A stretch of 64,000 nucleotides of DNA from the NCBI GenBank assembly GCA_963798485.1, contig CAWCTR010000021.1, positions 96,001-160,000 of the forward strand, read 5' to 3'. This stretch comes from an uncultured delta proteobacterium. Its GTDB lineage: Bacteria; Desulfobacterota; Desulfomonilia; UBA1062. Shown here one piece after another: positions 9,019 through 20,800 of the stretch. Every line of letters begins with the position of its first letter. Position 1 is the stretch's first letter. Under the pieces are notes generated by a model, which saw only the letters and a program-made list of their open reading frames with translations, was not told the DNA's origin and did not search any database. The position numbers and the translations under genes are program-made.

Positions 9019-11355
9019 ATGATTCAACATGGAAAAATAGTAATATCCGGCATGGAAGATGGTAAGAGGGTGCAATCCCGTATCCTTGAAGAGCGCATCC
9101 AGGATGCTGTACAAAGCGGCTGCCTCAATATAGAGATCGAGGCCTTCGGTCAGCATGGTATCGGCGGAAGGCTCTGGAATACCAATTCTGAACAGGTCAA
9201 GGTGGATATCCACGGATATCCGGGCCAGCGCGTAGGCGCCATGGGCTCCCCATGTACTACCATAGAAGTACACGCACCGGCCTCCGATGATGTAGGCTGG
9301 CTGAATGCCGGGTCCCGCATCATTGTTCACGGCAATGCAACCAACGGCGTAGCCAATGCCATGGCCCAGGGGAAGATATACATCGGGGGAGATATCGGAG
9401 CCAGGGGCATGACCATGACCAAGAGCAACCCGCGTTTTGACCCTCCCGAACTCTGGGTGCTTGGTGGAGCGGGTGACTCCTTTGCCGAATTCATGGCCGG
9501 CGGCATTGCCGTAGTATGCGGGTCCGGGTCTCAATACAAGAAGAACATACTGGGCCACCGTCCGTGTGTCGGCATGGTCGGGGGAAAGATCTTCTTCAAG
9601 GGGACACAAAAGAGCTTTAGTGAGGCTGATGCCAGGCTCGTCCGCATCACGGATGATGAATGGAACTGGCTGAAGGAGAATTTGAAGGAATTTCTCAAGG
9701 CCGTTCATAAAAGCGAGATATATGATCTCCTCACCATGGACCGGGCCTTGTGGCAGCTCCTGACGGCACGGAGACCATCCGAGAAAGTCACCTCCAGGAG
9801 GCTTACCATAAGCCAGTTTCGTAAGGATGTGTGGGAGAGAGAACTTGGAAAAGGTGGACTTATCGGTGACCTTACGGATATCGACAGAAGCCCTGTAGCC
9901 CTTATTGCCACTGGAGAAATGCGCAGATTCGTCCCTTTATGGGAAAATGGGAAATACCTGCCGCCATGCCAGACGAGCTGTCCGACCGGGATACCGGTTC
10001 AGCAACGGTGGACGCATATCAGGAAAGGTGAGGTGGATAAGGCTGTGGATCTCTCCCTTCAATACACCCCTTTCCCCACCACTGTCTGCGGTTATCTGTG
10101 CCCGAATCTGTGCATGAAAAGCTGTACCCGGGCTGTGAATAACCTTGCCGCAATCGATATAACACTCCTGGGCAAGGCGAGCCTTGATGCCAAAGAACCA
10201 ACACCCTTGGCCCCCACGGGTAGGAAGGTAGCTATTATCGGCGGCGGACCTGCAGGGCTCTCAGTGGCATGGCAGCTCTGGATGAAAGGTCATGAACCCG
10301 TGGTGTTTGACCGTTCTGATGACCTCGGCGGCAAGATCAGGAGTGTCATCCCTTTCAGCAGGATCCCCAAGGACGTATTCGAGCACGAGCTTAATAGGGT
10401 TACAAAAAAGATCACGAGACAAAAGATTGAAGGTGATGGTATCACTGAAGAGCTTTTTATGGACATACGCGACCGCTATGAGTATACGGTCATAGCAGTA
10501 GGTGCGCAAAACCCGAAGGGACTGAAATTCAAGGGACATGAGAAGACCATCTCAGCCCTTGAATTTTTGGAGCATGCCAAGAGAGACAAGATCGAAGTGG
10601 GTAAGAACGTAGTCATTATTGGGGCAGGAAATGTTGGGTGCGATGCCGCTACTGAGGCAAGACGCCTCGGTGCAAACAATATTACCCTCATCGATATACA
10701 GAAACCTGCTTCATTTGGAGCGGAACGCGCAGCGGCTGAGGCCATCGGTGCGAAATTCATGTGGCCGGTTTCCATCGAATCCATTACAAAGAAAAGTGTG
10801 GCGCTCTCCACTGGTGAAGTCATACCGGCCGATACTGTAGTTGTATCCATCGGGGACCAACCTGACTTGAGCTTTTTGCCTGATTCCATAGATACCGAAA
10901 AGGGGTTTATAAAGGTAAACGATTCATTCCAGACCTCTGATCCGCAGGTTTTCGCCATCGGCGACAGCGTTAGGCTGGGACTCATTACAGACGCCATCGG
11001 CGCCGGAAGGAGGGTCGCTAACACCATCGATACGTTCATAAGAGGCCTGGAAGAGGAGTACGACCGGTTGCCAACCATAAATCCGGAGCGCATCAAACTG
11101 GAATACTATGACCCCCGCATCAAGGATTTAACCGATATACAAACCTGTTCTTCACAATGCGCATCCTGCGGAGGATGCCGCGACTGCGGGCTCTGTGAAA
11201 CCTTGTGCCCGGAGCAGGCCATCTCCAGGAGGTCGCTTAAGGATGATGCATATGAGTATGTGGTGGATGATGATCGTTGCATCGGCTGTGGTTTCTGTGC
11301 AGGCGCATGCCCATGCGGTATCTGGGAATTAAAGGAGAATAACCCAATAGGGTAA
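9019..11355 (+). CDS. Glutamate synthase GXGXG beta-helix domain fused to a GltD-like FAD/NAD(P)H oxidoreductase and a C-terminal ferredoxin domain
   Basis: GXGXG repeats with FAEFMAGG; PPCQTSCP..CGYLCP..C; IIGGGPAGLS; IGAGNVGCD; VFAIGD; terminal CxxCxxC pairs. Confidence 0.88.
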   Translation: MIQHGKIVISGMEDGKRVQSRILEERIQDAVQSGCLNIEIEAFGQHGIGGRLWNTNSEQVKVDIHGYPGQRVGAMGSPCTTIEVHAPASDDVGWLNAGSRIIVHGNATNGVANAMAQGKIYIGGDIGARGMTMTKSNPRFDPPELWVLGGAGDSFAEFMAGGIAVVCGSGSQYKKNILGHRPCVGMVGGKIFFKGTQKSFSEADARLVRITDDEWNWLKENLKEFLKAVHKSEIYDLLTMDRALWQLLTARRPSEKVTSRRLTISQFRKDVWERELGKGGLIGDLTDIDRSPVALIATGEMRRFVPLWENGKYLPPCQTSCPTGIPVQQRWTHIRKGEVDKAVDLSLQYTPFPTTVCGYLCPNLCMKSCTRAVNNLAAIDITLLGKASLDAKEPTPLAPTGRKVAIIGGGPAGLSVAWQLWMKGHEPVVFDRSDDLGGKIRSVIPFSRIPKDVFEHELNRVTKKITRQKIEGDGITEELFMDIRDRYEYTVIAVGAQNPKGLKFKGHEKTISALEFLEHAKRDKIEVGKNVVIIGAGNVGCDAATEARRLGANNITLIDIQKPASFGAERAAAEAIGAKFMWPVSIESITKKSVALSTGEVIPADTVVVSIGDQPDLSFLPDSIDTEKGFIKVNDSFQTSDPQVFAIGDSVRLGLITDAIGAGRRVANTIDTFIRGLEEEYDRLPTINPERIKLEYYDPRIKDLTDIQTCSSQCASCGGCRDCGLCETLCPEQAISRRSLKDDAYEYVVDDDRCIGCGFCAGACPCGIWELKENNPIG

Positions 11356-11417
11356 ATAGCGGAAATTTACCGGTGTGGATATGTCTATAAAATAATAATA
11401 TTATGGAGGACGGGTAC

Positions 11418-12749
11418 ATGTTCAATTGTAAGACAAGTAATGACGTACTCAAGGCAGTGAAGGAACATAAGGTCAGCTTTATTCAGTTCTGGTTCACCGA
11501 TGTTCTTGGCAGGCTTAAAAGCTTCAATATCACGCCATCAGAACTTGAGGAAGGGCTCGAAGAGGGCATGGGGTTTGATGGTTCATCCATAGAGGGTTTT
11601 GCCCGCATCCATGAGAGCGATATGATCGCCAAGCCCGATGTAACGACCTTCCAGCTGGTGCCTTGGAGGCCTTCGGAAAAGCCGGTTGCACGCATGATCT
11701 GTGATATCCTGAACCCTGACGGTACACCGTATGATGGTGACCCGCGCTATGCACTGAAAAGGGTGATCAAGAAGGCAACAGACAAGGGTTACACCTGTTA
11801 CCTGGGACCGGAGCTTGAATATTTCTACTTTGCCGATGACAAGGGCACTCAGATCCTTGACAAGGGCGGCTATTTCGACGGTCTTCCCATTGATGCAGGC
11901 ACCGAGATGAGGAGAGAGACCATCTTCGCACTCCAGAGCATGGGCTATGGCGTTGAGTACAGCCACCACGAGGTCGCTCCCTCCCAGCACGAGATCGATC
12001 TGAAGTACGCAGATGCCCTCAGGATGGCCGATATCGTCATGACCTACCGCACGGCAGTAAAAGAGATCGCCCGTCAGAAAGGCGTATACGCAACCTTCAT
12101 GCCCAAGCCCATAGCAGGCGAGAACGGCAGCGGCATGCACGTGCACCAGTCCCTGTTCAAGGGTAAGGAAAACGCCTTCTTCGATGCCAAAGATAAATAT
12201 CATCTTTCAAAAATCGGAAAATACTATATCGCCGGTATGCTGATACACGCACCTGAGATCTGCGCCGTCACGAGCCAGTGGGTGAACTCCTACAAGAGGC
12301 TTGTCCCGGGCTATGAAGCCCCTGTTTATGTATCCTGGGCCCGTAGAAACCGCTCAGCCATGGTGAGGGTCCCCATGTACAAACCGGGCAAGGCCAATGC
12401 CACAAGGGCTGAGTTCAGGGCACCTGACCCTGCCTGCAATCCGTACCTGGCATTTGCGGTACAGCTCGCTGCAGGCCTCGAAGGCATTGACAAGAAATAT
12501 GTTCTGCCCGAACCGATTGAAGAGGATATTTTCGAGATGGATGAGAAGGCACGCAAGAAGGCAGGCATTACTTCACTGCCCGGCAGTCTCTTCGAGGCTA
12601 TCCAGGAAGTCTCCAAGAGCAAGCTTGTGAGGACTGCCCTTGGCGATCATATCTTCGAGAAGTTCATAGAGAACAAGAAGAAGGAGTGGGACGCATTCCG
12701 GATTCATGTCAGCAAGTATGAGATTGACACGTATCTCCCTGTGCTATAG
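11418..12749 (+). CDS. glnA: Glutamine synthetase type I (GSI-alpha-like)
   Basis: FDGSSIEG, GPELEYF, HHEVAPSQHEI, ATFMPKP, NGSGMHVHQS, NSYKRLVPGYEAP, EFRAPDPACNPYL; ATG 11418 after GGAGG. Confidence 0.97.
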   Translation: MFNCKTSNDVLKAVKEHKVSFIQFWFTDVLGRLKSFNITPSELEEGLEEGMGFDGSSIEGFARIHESDMIAKPDVTTFQLVPWRPSEKPVARMICDILNPDGTPYDGDPRYALKRVIKKATDKGYTCYLGPELEYFYFADDKGTQILDKGGYFDGLPIDAGTEMRRETIFALQSMGYGVEYSHHEVAPSQHEIDLKYADALRMADIVMTYRTAVKEIARQKGVYATFMPKPIAGENGSGMHVHQSLFKGKENAFFDAKDKYHLSKIGKYYIAGMLIHAPEICAVTSQWVNSYKRLVPGYEAPVYVSWARRNRSAMVRVPMYKPGKANATRAEFRAPDPACNPYLAFAVQLAAGLEGIDKKYVLPEPIEEDIFEMDEKARKKAGITSLPGSLFEAIQEVSKSKLVRTALGDHIFEKFIENKKKEWDAFRIHVSKYEIDTYLPVL

Positions 12750-12762
12750 ATGATGACCTTAC

Positions 12763-12788
12763 CTGCCCGGGCACATACGTCCGGGCAG
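12763..12788 (+). terminator. GC-rich stem-loop after glnA (terminator or mRNA stabiliser)
   Basis: CTGCCCGG / CCGGGCAG perfect 8-bp stem; no canonical U-tract. Confidence 0.5.
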
Positions 12789-12832
12789 CTTAATAATAAA
12801 AAAGAAGAGAGCACTTTACAGGAGTCGGGCAG

Positions 12833-13975
12833 TTGTTTGGAAAGCTGAAGAATCCCGCAGTTCTGGTACTTGAGGATGGTGCCATTTTTCGTGGGAGTGC
12901 TTTTGCCGGTACAGGAGACTGCCTTGGAGAGGTCGTTTTCAATACCGGCATGACCGGCTACCAGGAAATTCTTACCGACCCATCGTATAAAGAACAAATC
13001 CTTGTCATGACCTATCCCCTTATGGGGAATTACGGGATCAGTGTCGAAGACATGGAATCTGAGCGTATCCACATGGAAGGGTTCATTGTAAGGGAATATC
13101 AATATTATCCAAGCAATTGGCGTTGCCGAAAAACATTGCAAGAATTCCTCGAAGACAATGGCAAGATAGGCGTTGAAGATATAGATACCAGGGCATTGAC
13201 GCGCCGTATCCGCACCCAAGGGGCCATGCGTGGTATAATCTCCACGAGGGTAGGGCACACAGACGAGCTCCTTGAAAAACTCCGCGAATACCCCGGGCTC
13301 GTAGGCAGAGATATCGTGAAGGATGTCACCTGTTCGGCGCCTTATATCTGGCGTGACAATGCAAAAGTGACCATTGAAGCCCTGTCCACAAAATCAAACA
13401 GGCTTCGCGTGGTGGTATTGGACTGCGGGGTCAAGCTCAACATCTTAAGGATGCTCGATGGACATGGCTGTGAAGTTATTGTTGTACCTGCAGGGACTCC
13501 ATCAAAGGCTATTATGTCCATGAGCCCCGACGGTGTGCTCCTCACGAACGGCCCGGGTGACCCGGCACCACTTGCTTATCTGATCGATACTGTGAAAGAA
13601 CTGCTTGGAAGGATCCCCATTTTCGGTATCTGTCTTGGTCATCAAATCCTGGGCCAGGCTGTTGGAGGAAAAACTGCAAAGCTGAAATTCGGACATCACG
13701 GCATTAACCAGCCTGTCAAAAACGTAAAGACAGGCCGGGTGGAGATCTCATCCCAGAATCACGGATTTGTTGTCCTGGCTGAAACATTACCGAAAGATAC
13801 ACAGGTCACTCATATCAATTTAAACGACAATACGCTGGAGGGTCTCGGTTACCCCGGTATGAAGGCCTTCAGTGTGCAGTATCACCCCGAGGCTGCACCC
13901 GGTCCGAAAGATTCCCTCTATCTGTTCCGCGAATTCATCGAACTGATGGAGCAGCATATTGCGAGAGCAGCCTAG
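12833..13975 (+). CDS. carA: Carbamoyl-phosphate synthase small subunit
   Basis: GEVVFNTGMTGYQE, NGPGDP, GICLGHQ, SQNHGF, QYHPEA; TTG start after AGGAG. Confidence 0.97.
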   Translation: MFGKLKNPAVLVLEDGAIFRGSAFAGTGDCLGEVVFNTGMTGYQEILTDPSYKEQILVMTYPLMGNYGISVEDMESERIHMEGFIVREYQYYPSNWRCRKTLQEFLEDNGKIGVEDIDTRALTRRIRTQGAMRGIISTRVGHTDELLEKLREYPGLVGRDIVKDVTCSAPYIWRDNAKVTIEALSTKSNRLRVVVLDCGVKLNILRMLDGHGCEVIVVPAGTPSKAIMSMSPDGVLLTNGPGDPAPLAYLIDTVKELLGRIPIFGICLGHQILGQAVGGKTAKLKFGHHGINQPVKNVKTGRVEISSQNHGFVVLAETLPKDTQVTHINLNDNTLEGLGYPGMKAFSVQYHPEAAPGPKDSLYLFREFIELMEQHIARAA

Positions 13976-14001
13976 ACACTTGCCCCATATACCGCTACAA
14001 T
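13973..14001 (+). promoter_or_regulatory. Sigma70-type promoter upstream of the GlmS-like gene
   Basis: TAGACA-N17-TACAAT (5/6 and 5/6 to consensus). Confidence 0.55.
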
Positions 14002-14085
14002 GATATACAAGGCAACCCAAGAGGTGGAGGTTGGTGAGCCTTGAAGGCACGAACCCTTGAAAAGTCCTGTGGAAAAGGGGCATCC

Positions 14086-17000
14086 ATGTTGAATGGCCTT
14101 ATGAGCATGCTGCAAGAGATAAAAAGGTGGAAGGTCTCCGCGGGAACACGCCCAAGGGATCTTTCAGGACCGGGTATAATATTTTTCCCGATCCTTGATA
14201 ATTGCCTTTCTTGCGGGCTTGCCGGGTTTATCACTATCAAGGGCGGGGGGATTACCGCTCATAATGGCATCCCCGAAAGGATAGCAGCACATATCGACGC
14301 CGTGTGTAGCAACGATATCAGCAAGATGACCAAAGGAAAGACGGATTGCAGTAATTACCTCAAACCCGATGCGCTCCAGGCCCTTGAGAAAGACCTCCAT
14401 TATCTTAAACAGGACGCTTGTCTCCAGCATAAACTGTGCTGTGGAAAAGGCATAGAACTTCTGAAAAAGATATCCGACAAGCTCGTAGTATTCATTGATA
14501 ATGAAGACTCTCTCATCGAAAAGGAGGCAAAGGGATTCCCTTCGGGTGATCTTGAGGTCATTGCCTCGCGTATGATTGCGCTAAAGGATTTTGCCTGGGC
14601 ATTAAGGGAGGATATCCTTAAGAATCAGGATAAGATCCTGATTCTTGCAGGAACCAAGGCCCTGGAAGATGAAAATTACTACTGCCGCTATCATAAGATC
14701 AATTCCTGTTTGAATGCACTGGACAGGCTTGAGGTAAGGGGCCGGGACTCGGCAGGGTTGCAGGTGATGGTGCAATTCAAGAATAGCCAGGCTATGGATT
14801 CCCTGCGGAATGCCCTTGACCAGCAGGGCCTCTCTGACCAGTTCATCTTAAGGAACGGGCCGAGTGATCTTCTTGGCGGTTCCATTCATTACTCTGATAC
14901 AGTAATTGCATTCACCTACAAGACCGCCCAGATCACCGGCCAGCTTGGAGACAATACCTCCAAGCTGAGAAATTATATCAAGAACGATAGCATCCTGAAG
15001 ACGGCGCTTTCCTTGGATGCCGAATCGGAAGCGTACCTGTCACACACAAGGTGGGCATCCGTAGGCGCCATCAACGAGATCAACTGCCACCCGGTCAACA
15101 GCCACACCATTGACATGCCGACCACCTCCATACACGGCGTCCTGGCAGTGGTAAAGACCTATCCTTTTTATGGTAAAGGCGCCTGGGCCATCAGTGCGGC
15201 CTTAAACGGCGATATCGACAACTACCACCTCATCATGGGCACCCTCGAGACAGAGAAGAAAGTAGCCGATCCGAATGTGACAACAGATACCAAGGTGATC
15301 CCCCTTCAGATCGAGCGATACCTTTACCAGGGGCATGACCTGAAAGAGGCCTTTCGAAGGGCTGTGAATGATTTCGAGGGGTCACAAGCCATTGCAATGG
15401 AGAGTAACCTGGAGCCCGGCAAGATATTCCTTTCACTCAAGGGCAGCGGCCAGACTATCTATGTCGGACTCATGCAAAGTGGGTACATGTTCGCCTCCGA
15501 GGTCTATGGACTCGTTGAAGAGACCCCCAATTTCATCAAGATGGATGGAGAGTCATTCCATGACCCGGGCAATCCCCATACTCAGGGTCAGATCTTTATC
15601 CTGAGTAATGACAAGGGCACAGGACTCTTTGGGATTGAGGCTATGTCATTTGACGGGCATCCGCTTGACCTGACTGAGAAGGATATCAACATCGCCCAGA
15701 TTACCACCCGTGATATCAACCGTGGTGAACACTCACATTTCCTTATCAAGGAGATCATGGATGCCCCTTTGTCCATCCATAAGACCCTTCTGGGCAAGTA
15801 CCGCATCACCGATAGTAAAGAGGTAATATTCAACCTGGACGAGGGCGTTGTATCTAAAAGGACCCGCGAGTACTTAATTCAGGGTAGGATCAGAAATATC
15901 TATGTTGTGGGCCAGGGCACGGCGGCGGTTGCGGCTTCCGCGGTTGCCGAAGCCATATCGGCCTACCTCAAGGACTCACCCATAAGTGTTCAGTCCAGGA
16001 AGGCCACTGACCTCTCCGGATTCATGCTTGATGACGATATGTCGGACACCATCGTGATCGCCATCACCCAGTCAGGAACCACCACTGACACGAACCGGGC
16101 GGTCACCATGGCAAGGCAGCGTGGTGCGCATCTCATAGCCATTGTGAACCGCAGACAGTCGGATATCACGACCAAGGTCGACGGTGTGTTCTATACAAGC
16201 GACGGCCGGGATATCGAGATGTCGGTTGCCTCCACTAAGGCCTTCTATTCGCAGATCGTTGCTGGGTTTGTGATTGCGCTTTTCTTTGCCAAGCTCCTCA
16301 AAACACTGCCCGATAATGTAATAGCACATGATCTCATGGAGCTTGAAAAGGCCCCTGAACTCATGTTGAAGGTAATCAAGGAAAGGGAAGCAATCAGGAA
16401 TACGGCATGGGAACTGGTGAGGAGAAAGCAGTACTGGGCAGTGGTCGGAAGCGGCATTAATAAGGTGGCATCCGACGAGATCCGCATCAAGCTCTCCGAA
16501 CTCTGCTATAAGACCATCTCTTCGGACATAATCGAGGACAAGAAGCACATTGATCTGTCCTCCGAACCCCTTATCCTGGTATGTGCAGCCGGAAGTCCCG
16601 AGATAGTCCTGGAAGACATTGTGAAAGATGTGGCCATATTCAAGGCCCATTCCGCCAGCGTTGTTGTAATTACCGACGAAGGAGAGCACCGGTTTGATGC
16701 TGTCTGTGATGAGATCATCAGTGTCCCGAGGGCCGGTTTCCCCTTGTGCGTGATCTTCAATACCCTTGCAGGCCACCTCTTTGGATACTATGCCGCGTGC
16801 AGCCTTGATTACCTTGCACGGTCCATGAAGGCCTTCAGAACACGCCTGGCAGAGGTGTCGAAGGGACAGGAAAAGAAGGAATATACTATCTACGAGAGTA
16901 TTCAGGACAGGGAATTGCATAGTGTTGTAGATGAATTTGCATTGGACTTCAATGGATGGCGCAACAGCGGAGCGCTTACCTCTCTGAGTGTGGAGGTTGC

Positions 17001-17790
17001 CTGCGACATGTCATTGCTGCTGAAGTATGCCAAGGGGAAGCTCCCTGTGGAGGATTTCTGGTCGGAGTTCGAGGACAAGCGCTTTTCTTCGTCACCCATA
17101 GACATGCTTGACCTCACCTTGAAAAGGGCCATTGACGAGCTCTCACGGCCGGTAGATGCCATACGGCACCAGGCAAAGACCGTTACCGTAGGCACGAGCA
17201 GGAAGGCTGAGGCACAGCATGGAGAGATATTCGATGTATTCGGTGAGCTTGGATTTTCTTTAGAGAATGTCCGGGCCAAGGATGTTATCATCATCAAGAG
17301 ATTACAGAATGCGCTTGTGGGGGTTAAGGGATACACCCTCTATGAGGTCGGTGATCTCGATGAACAAGGGATACCTACGAATGCATCCACTTTGACCATT
17401 ATATCCAGGCACGGGATAACAACCTCCATGCCTTCCCGGTATGACAAACCGGGGCCCTTAAGGGGCACCAAGAATACCATTGTAAGGACAGGGAAGGTGT
17501 ATGCAGGCATAGGCAGGTCTGATAATGCCTCTATCGTTATCGTACCTATATTCGGGCAGCAGCGCATCATTACTCATCTTCTTCTGCTCCAGGTGGACTT
17601 TGACGAGGGGCTCGGCATTGAACAGAAGAAGGAGACACTGGGCTTGAAGCTTAATGATATTACGAATCTTATTAATGAGTATAACATACCATGGAAAGAT
17701 GAATTTCTTAAAGGCTTGTCACTCAAATATCTCCTCAATGAAGATGTCGAGGTCATAGCCGAAAAGATCAGGTCTTCCTTGAAAGGTTAG
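14086..17790 (+). CDS. glmS: Giant GlmS-like glutamine--fructose-6-phosphate amidotransferase (Ntn GATase, two SIS domains, insertions and extensions)
   Basis: [59 protein letters not shown]; start either ATG 14086 (SD AAGGGG) or TTG 14041. Confidence 0.8.
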   Translation: MLNGLMSMLQEIKRWKVSAGTRPRDLSGPGIIFFPILDNCLSCGLAGFITIKGGGITAHNGIPERIAAHIDAVCSNDISKMTKGKTDCSNYLKPDALQALEKDLHYLKQDACLQHKLCCGKGIELLKKISDKLVVFIDNEDSLIEKEAKGFPSGDLEVIASRMIALKDFAWALREDILKNQDKILILAGTKALEDENYYCRYHKINSCLNALDRLEVRGRDSAGLQVMVQFKNSQAMDSLRNALDQQGLSDQFILRNGPSDLLGGSIHYSDTVIAFTYKTAQITGQLGDNTSKLRNYIKNDSILKTALSLDAESEAYLSHTRWASVGAINEINCHPVNSHTIDMPTTSIHGVLAVVKTYPFYGKGAWAISAALNGDIDNYHLIMGTLETEKKVADPNVTTDTKVIPLQIERYLYQGHDLKEAFRRAVNDFEGSQAIAMESNLEPGKIFLSLKGSGQTIYVGLMQSGYMFASEVYGLVEETPNFIKMDGESFHDPGNPHTQGQIFILSNDKGTGLFGIEAMSFDGHPLDLTEKDINIAQITTRDINRGEHSHFLIKEIMDAPLSIHKTLLGKYRITDSKEVIFNLDEGVVSKRTREYLIQGRIRNIYVVGQGTAAVAASAVAEAISAYLKDSPISVQSRKATDLSGFMLDDDMSDTIVIAITQSGTTTDTNRAVTMARQRGAHLIAIVNRRQSDITTKVDGVFYTSDGRDIEMSVASTKAFYSQIVAGFVIALFFAKLLKTLPDNVIAHDLMELEKAPELMLKVIKEREAIRNTAWELVRRKQYWAVVGSGINKVASDEIRIKLSELCYKTISSDIIEDKKHIDLSSEPLILVCAAGSPEIVLEDIVKDVAIFKAHSASVVVITDEGEHRFDAVCDEIISVPRAGFPLCVIFNTLAGHLFGYYAACSLDYLARSMKAFRTRLAEVSKGQEKKEYTIYESIQDRELHSVVDEFALDFNGWRNSGALTSLSVEVACDMSLLLKYAKGKLPVEDFWSEFEDKRFSSSPIDMLDLTLKRAIDELSRPVDAIRHQAKTVTVGTSRKAEAQHGEIFDVFGELGFSLENVRAKDVIIIKRLQNALVGVKGYTLYEVGDLDEQGIPTNASTLTIISRHGITTSMPSRYDKPGPLRGTKNTIVRTGKVYAGIGRSDNASIVIVPIFGQQRIITHLLLLQVDFDEGLGIEQKKETLGLKLNDITNLINEYNIPWKDEFLKGLSLKYLLNEDVEVIAEKIRSSLKG

Positions 17791-17854
17791 ACAGGCCTCC
17801 TTAAGTTATGATGCCCCCACAGAACGATACAAGCACGAAGCAATAAGGTACGGC

Positions 17855-20800
17855 ATGCCCAAGCGGACAGACATCAAGAAGATTCTCATTATAGGCAGCG
17901 GGCCCATTATCATATCCCAGGCATGTGAATTCGACTATTCCGGGGTACAGGCCTGCAAGGCGCTCAGAGAAGAAGGTTATTCCGTAGTGCTCATCAACTC
18001 CAACCCTGCCACCATTATGACGGATCCCGGCATGTCAGATCGGACCTATATCGAGCCCATCACCCCCGAGATGATTGAACTGATCATCGAAAAGGAAAGG
18101 CCGGACGCCATCCTTCCCACCCTGGGCGGTCAGACGGGTCTCAACGTTTCGGTTGAACTCGCTTCCCGCGGGGTGCTCGAACACTATAACGTGGAGATGA
18201 TCGGGGCGAACCCGGAGGTCATTCACAAGGCCGAAGACCGTGAGCAGTTCCGCAAGGCCATGGAAAAGATCGGCCTGAGGGTTCCCAGGAGCGGTTTTGC
18301 CCGGGGCATGGATGATGTTTACACCATTGCACAGGACATCGGTTATCCCATTATCATACGGCCGTCATTCACCCTGGGGGGTATCGGCGGGGGCATTGCG
18401 TACAATCCCGAAGACCTCGACGGCATCGCCAAGAGCGGGCTTGATGCCAGCATGATCCGAGAGATCATGCTGGAGGAGTCGGTTATCGGATGGAAGGAAT
18501 TTGAGCTCGAGGTCATGCGGGACAAGGCCGACAACGTGGTGATTATCTGTTCCATTGAAAACATGGATGCCATGGGCGTTCATACCGGGGACTCCATCAC
18601 CGTGGCACCTGCCCAGACACTTACGGACGTCGAATACCAGCGCCTGCGTGATGCGGCCATTGCCATCATGCGTGAGATAGGCGTGGAGACCGGCGGGTCC
18701 AATGTCCAATTCGCCATCAACCCTGCTGATGGCGAGCTTGTTGTGATCGAGATGAACCCACGCGTCTCCCGGTCGTCCGCCCTGGCATCCAAGGCAACGG
18801 GTTTCCCTATTGCCAAGATCGCGGCCAAGCTTGCCGTAGGTTATACCTTGGATGAGATACCTAATGACATCACCAAGGAGACCTTTGCCTCCTTTGAACC
18901 CACCATTGATTACTGTGTAGTGAAGATCCCCAGGTGGACCTTTGAAAAGTTCCCCGAGACCCCCGACCTTCTTACGACCTCCATGAAGTCGGTGGGAGAG
19001 ACAATGGCAATAGGGAGGACTTTCAAGGAGGCGCTGAACAAGGCGGTGCGGTCATTGGAGATCGGCCAGTCAGGCCTCGGCGGGATGCTCATGAAGGTGC
19101 CGCCCGAAGAGAAAAAGCAGCTCGTCACCGGGCTCACCTATCCTAACTCCAGGCGTCTGTTCTGGATCGCAGCGGCCTTCAGGTCCGGCTGGACCATAGA
19201 GGATGTCGCCAGGCTGACCAAGATAGACCCATGGTTTTTATATCATATCAAGGAGCTGGTTGATGCCGAGACTGGGATTGTATCCGCAGGGCTTGACGAA
19301 AACACCCTGTACGAGGCCAAGAGGCTCGGCTTCTCGGACCGTTATCTTGCCCATCTGTGGGACACGACCGAGAAGGCGGTCCGGGATCTCAGGTATGAGA
19401 CGGGTATAATCCCGGTCTATAAGCTCGTTGATACCTGCGCCGCCGAATTCGAGGCCTATACCCCCTATTATTACTCCACCTACGAAGATGAAGACGAGTC
19501 GAACCCGTCGTCACGGCCCAAGGTGATCATTTTGGGCGGCGGCCCCAACCGGATCGGCCAGGGCATTGAGTTCGATTACTGCTGCGTCCATGCGTCGTTT
19601 GCGCTTAAAGAGATGGGTTATGAGAGCATCATGATCAACTCCAACCCTGAAACCGTAAGCACCGACTATGATATCTCGGACAAACTTTTTTTCGAGCCGC
19701 TCACCCTCGAAGATGTCCTCCATGTGATCAGGCGTGAGAAGCCTATGGGGGTAATCGTACAGTTCGGCGGCCAGACCCCGTTGAACCTTGCGAAGGGCCT
19801 CTTTGAAGCTGGGGTGCCCATACTCGGCACATCGCCCGATGCCATAGACCGCTCCGAGGACCGGCAGCGGTTCCTTGAGATCGTGAAAAAGCTGAACCTG
19901 AAACAGCCGGCAAGCGGCACCGTGGTCAGCGTGGAAGAGGCGCTTAAGGTCGCCGACAGGATCGAATACCCGGTGCTCGTGAGACCTTCCTATGTGCTGG
20001 GCGGGCGGTCCATGGAGATCATCTACGATCCTGATACGTTAAAGATCTTTATGGCCCAGGTGCTTGAGCTCTTCCCAAATAACCAGATCCTCATCGACAA
20101 GTTCCTGGAAGACGCCATTGAGGTGGATGTGGATACCTTGAGCGACGGCAAGGATGCCGTCATCTGCGGAATTATGGAGCACATAGAGGAAGCGGGCATC
20201 CATTCCGGTGATTCCGCCTGCGTGCTCCCACCCATAACCTTGCCCCAAAAGATCGTAGAGCTCATTGAGAAACAGACGAAGATGATCGCATTCGAACTGG
20301 GCGTAGTAGGACTCATGAACATCCAGTATGCCATTAAGGACGGTGAATTATTTATCCTCGAGGTCAATCCCAGGGCATCGCGGACCGTGCCCTTTGTGAG
20401 CAAGGCAATCGGCATACCCATAGCCAAGCTTGCCACCAAGATAATGCTGGGCCACAGCCTCAAAGAGCTCGGCTTCACCAGGAAGATCATACCCACACAT
20501 GTATCGGTAAAGGAATCCGTGTTCCCGTTTAAGAGATTCCCCAATATCAACATCGCACTCGGGCCTGAGATGAAGTCTACGGGCGAGGTCATGGGCATTG
20601 ACACCTCCTTTGATCTGGCCTTCGCCAAGTCCCAGATTGCTGCCGGGGCTGATCTGCCCACATCCGGGGCCGTTTTTATCAGCGTCCACGATTTTTACAA
20701 AGAGCGGATCGTTCCGGTGGCGCGCTCATTCGCCGATCTCGGGTTCACCATTATGTCCACCACCGGCACGGCGGCATATCTGAATGCCCACGGGGTGGAT

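Noticed and set aside
14010-14085. glmS ribozyme (GAGGTGGAGGTT resembles part of its core)
   Set aside because: The AGCGCC cleavage-site motif and the GACGAGG and ATCGA..GCGG elements are absent
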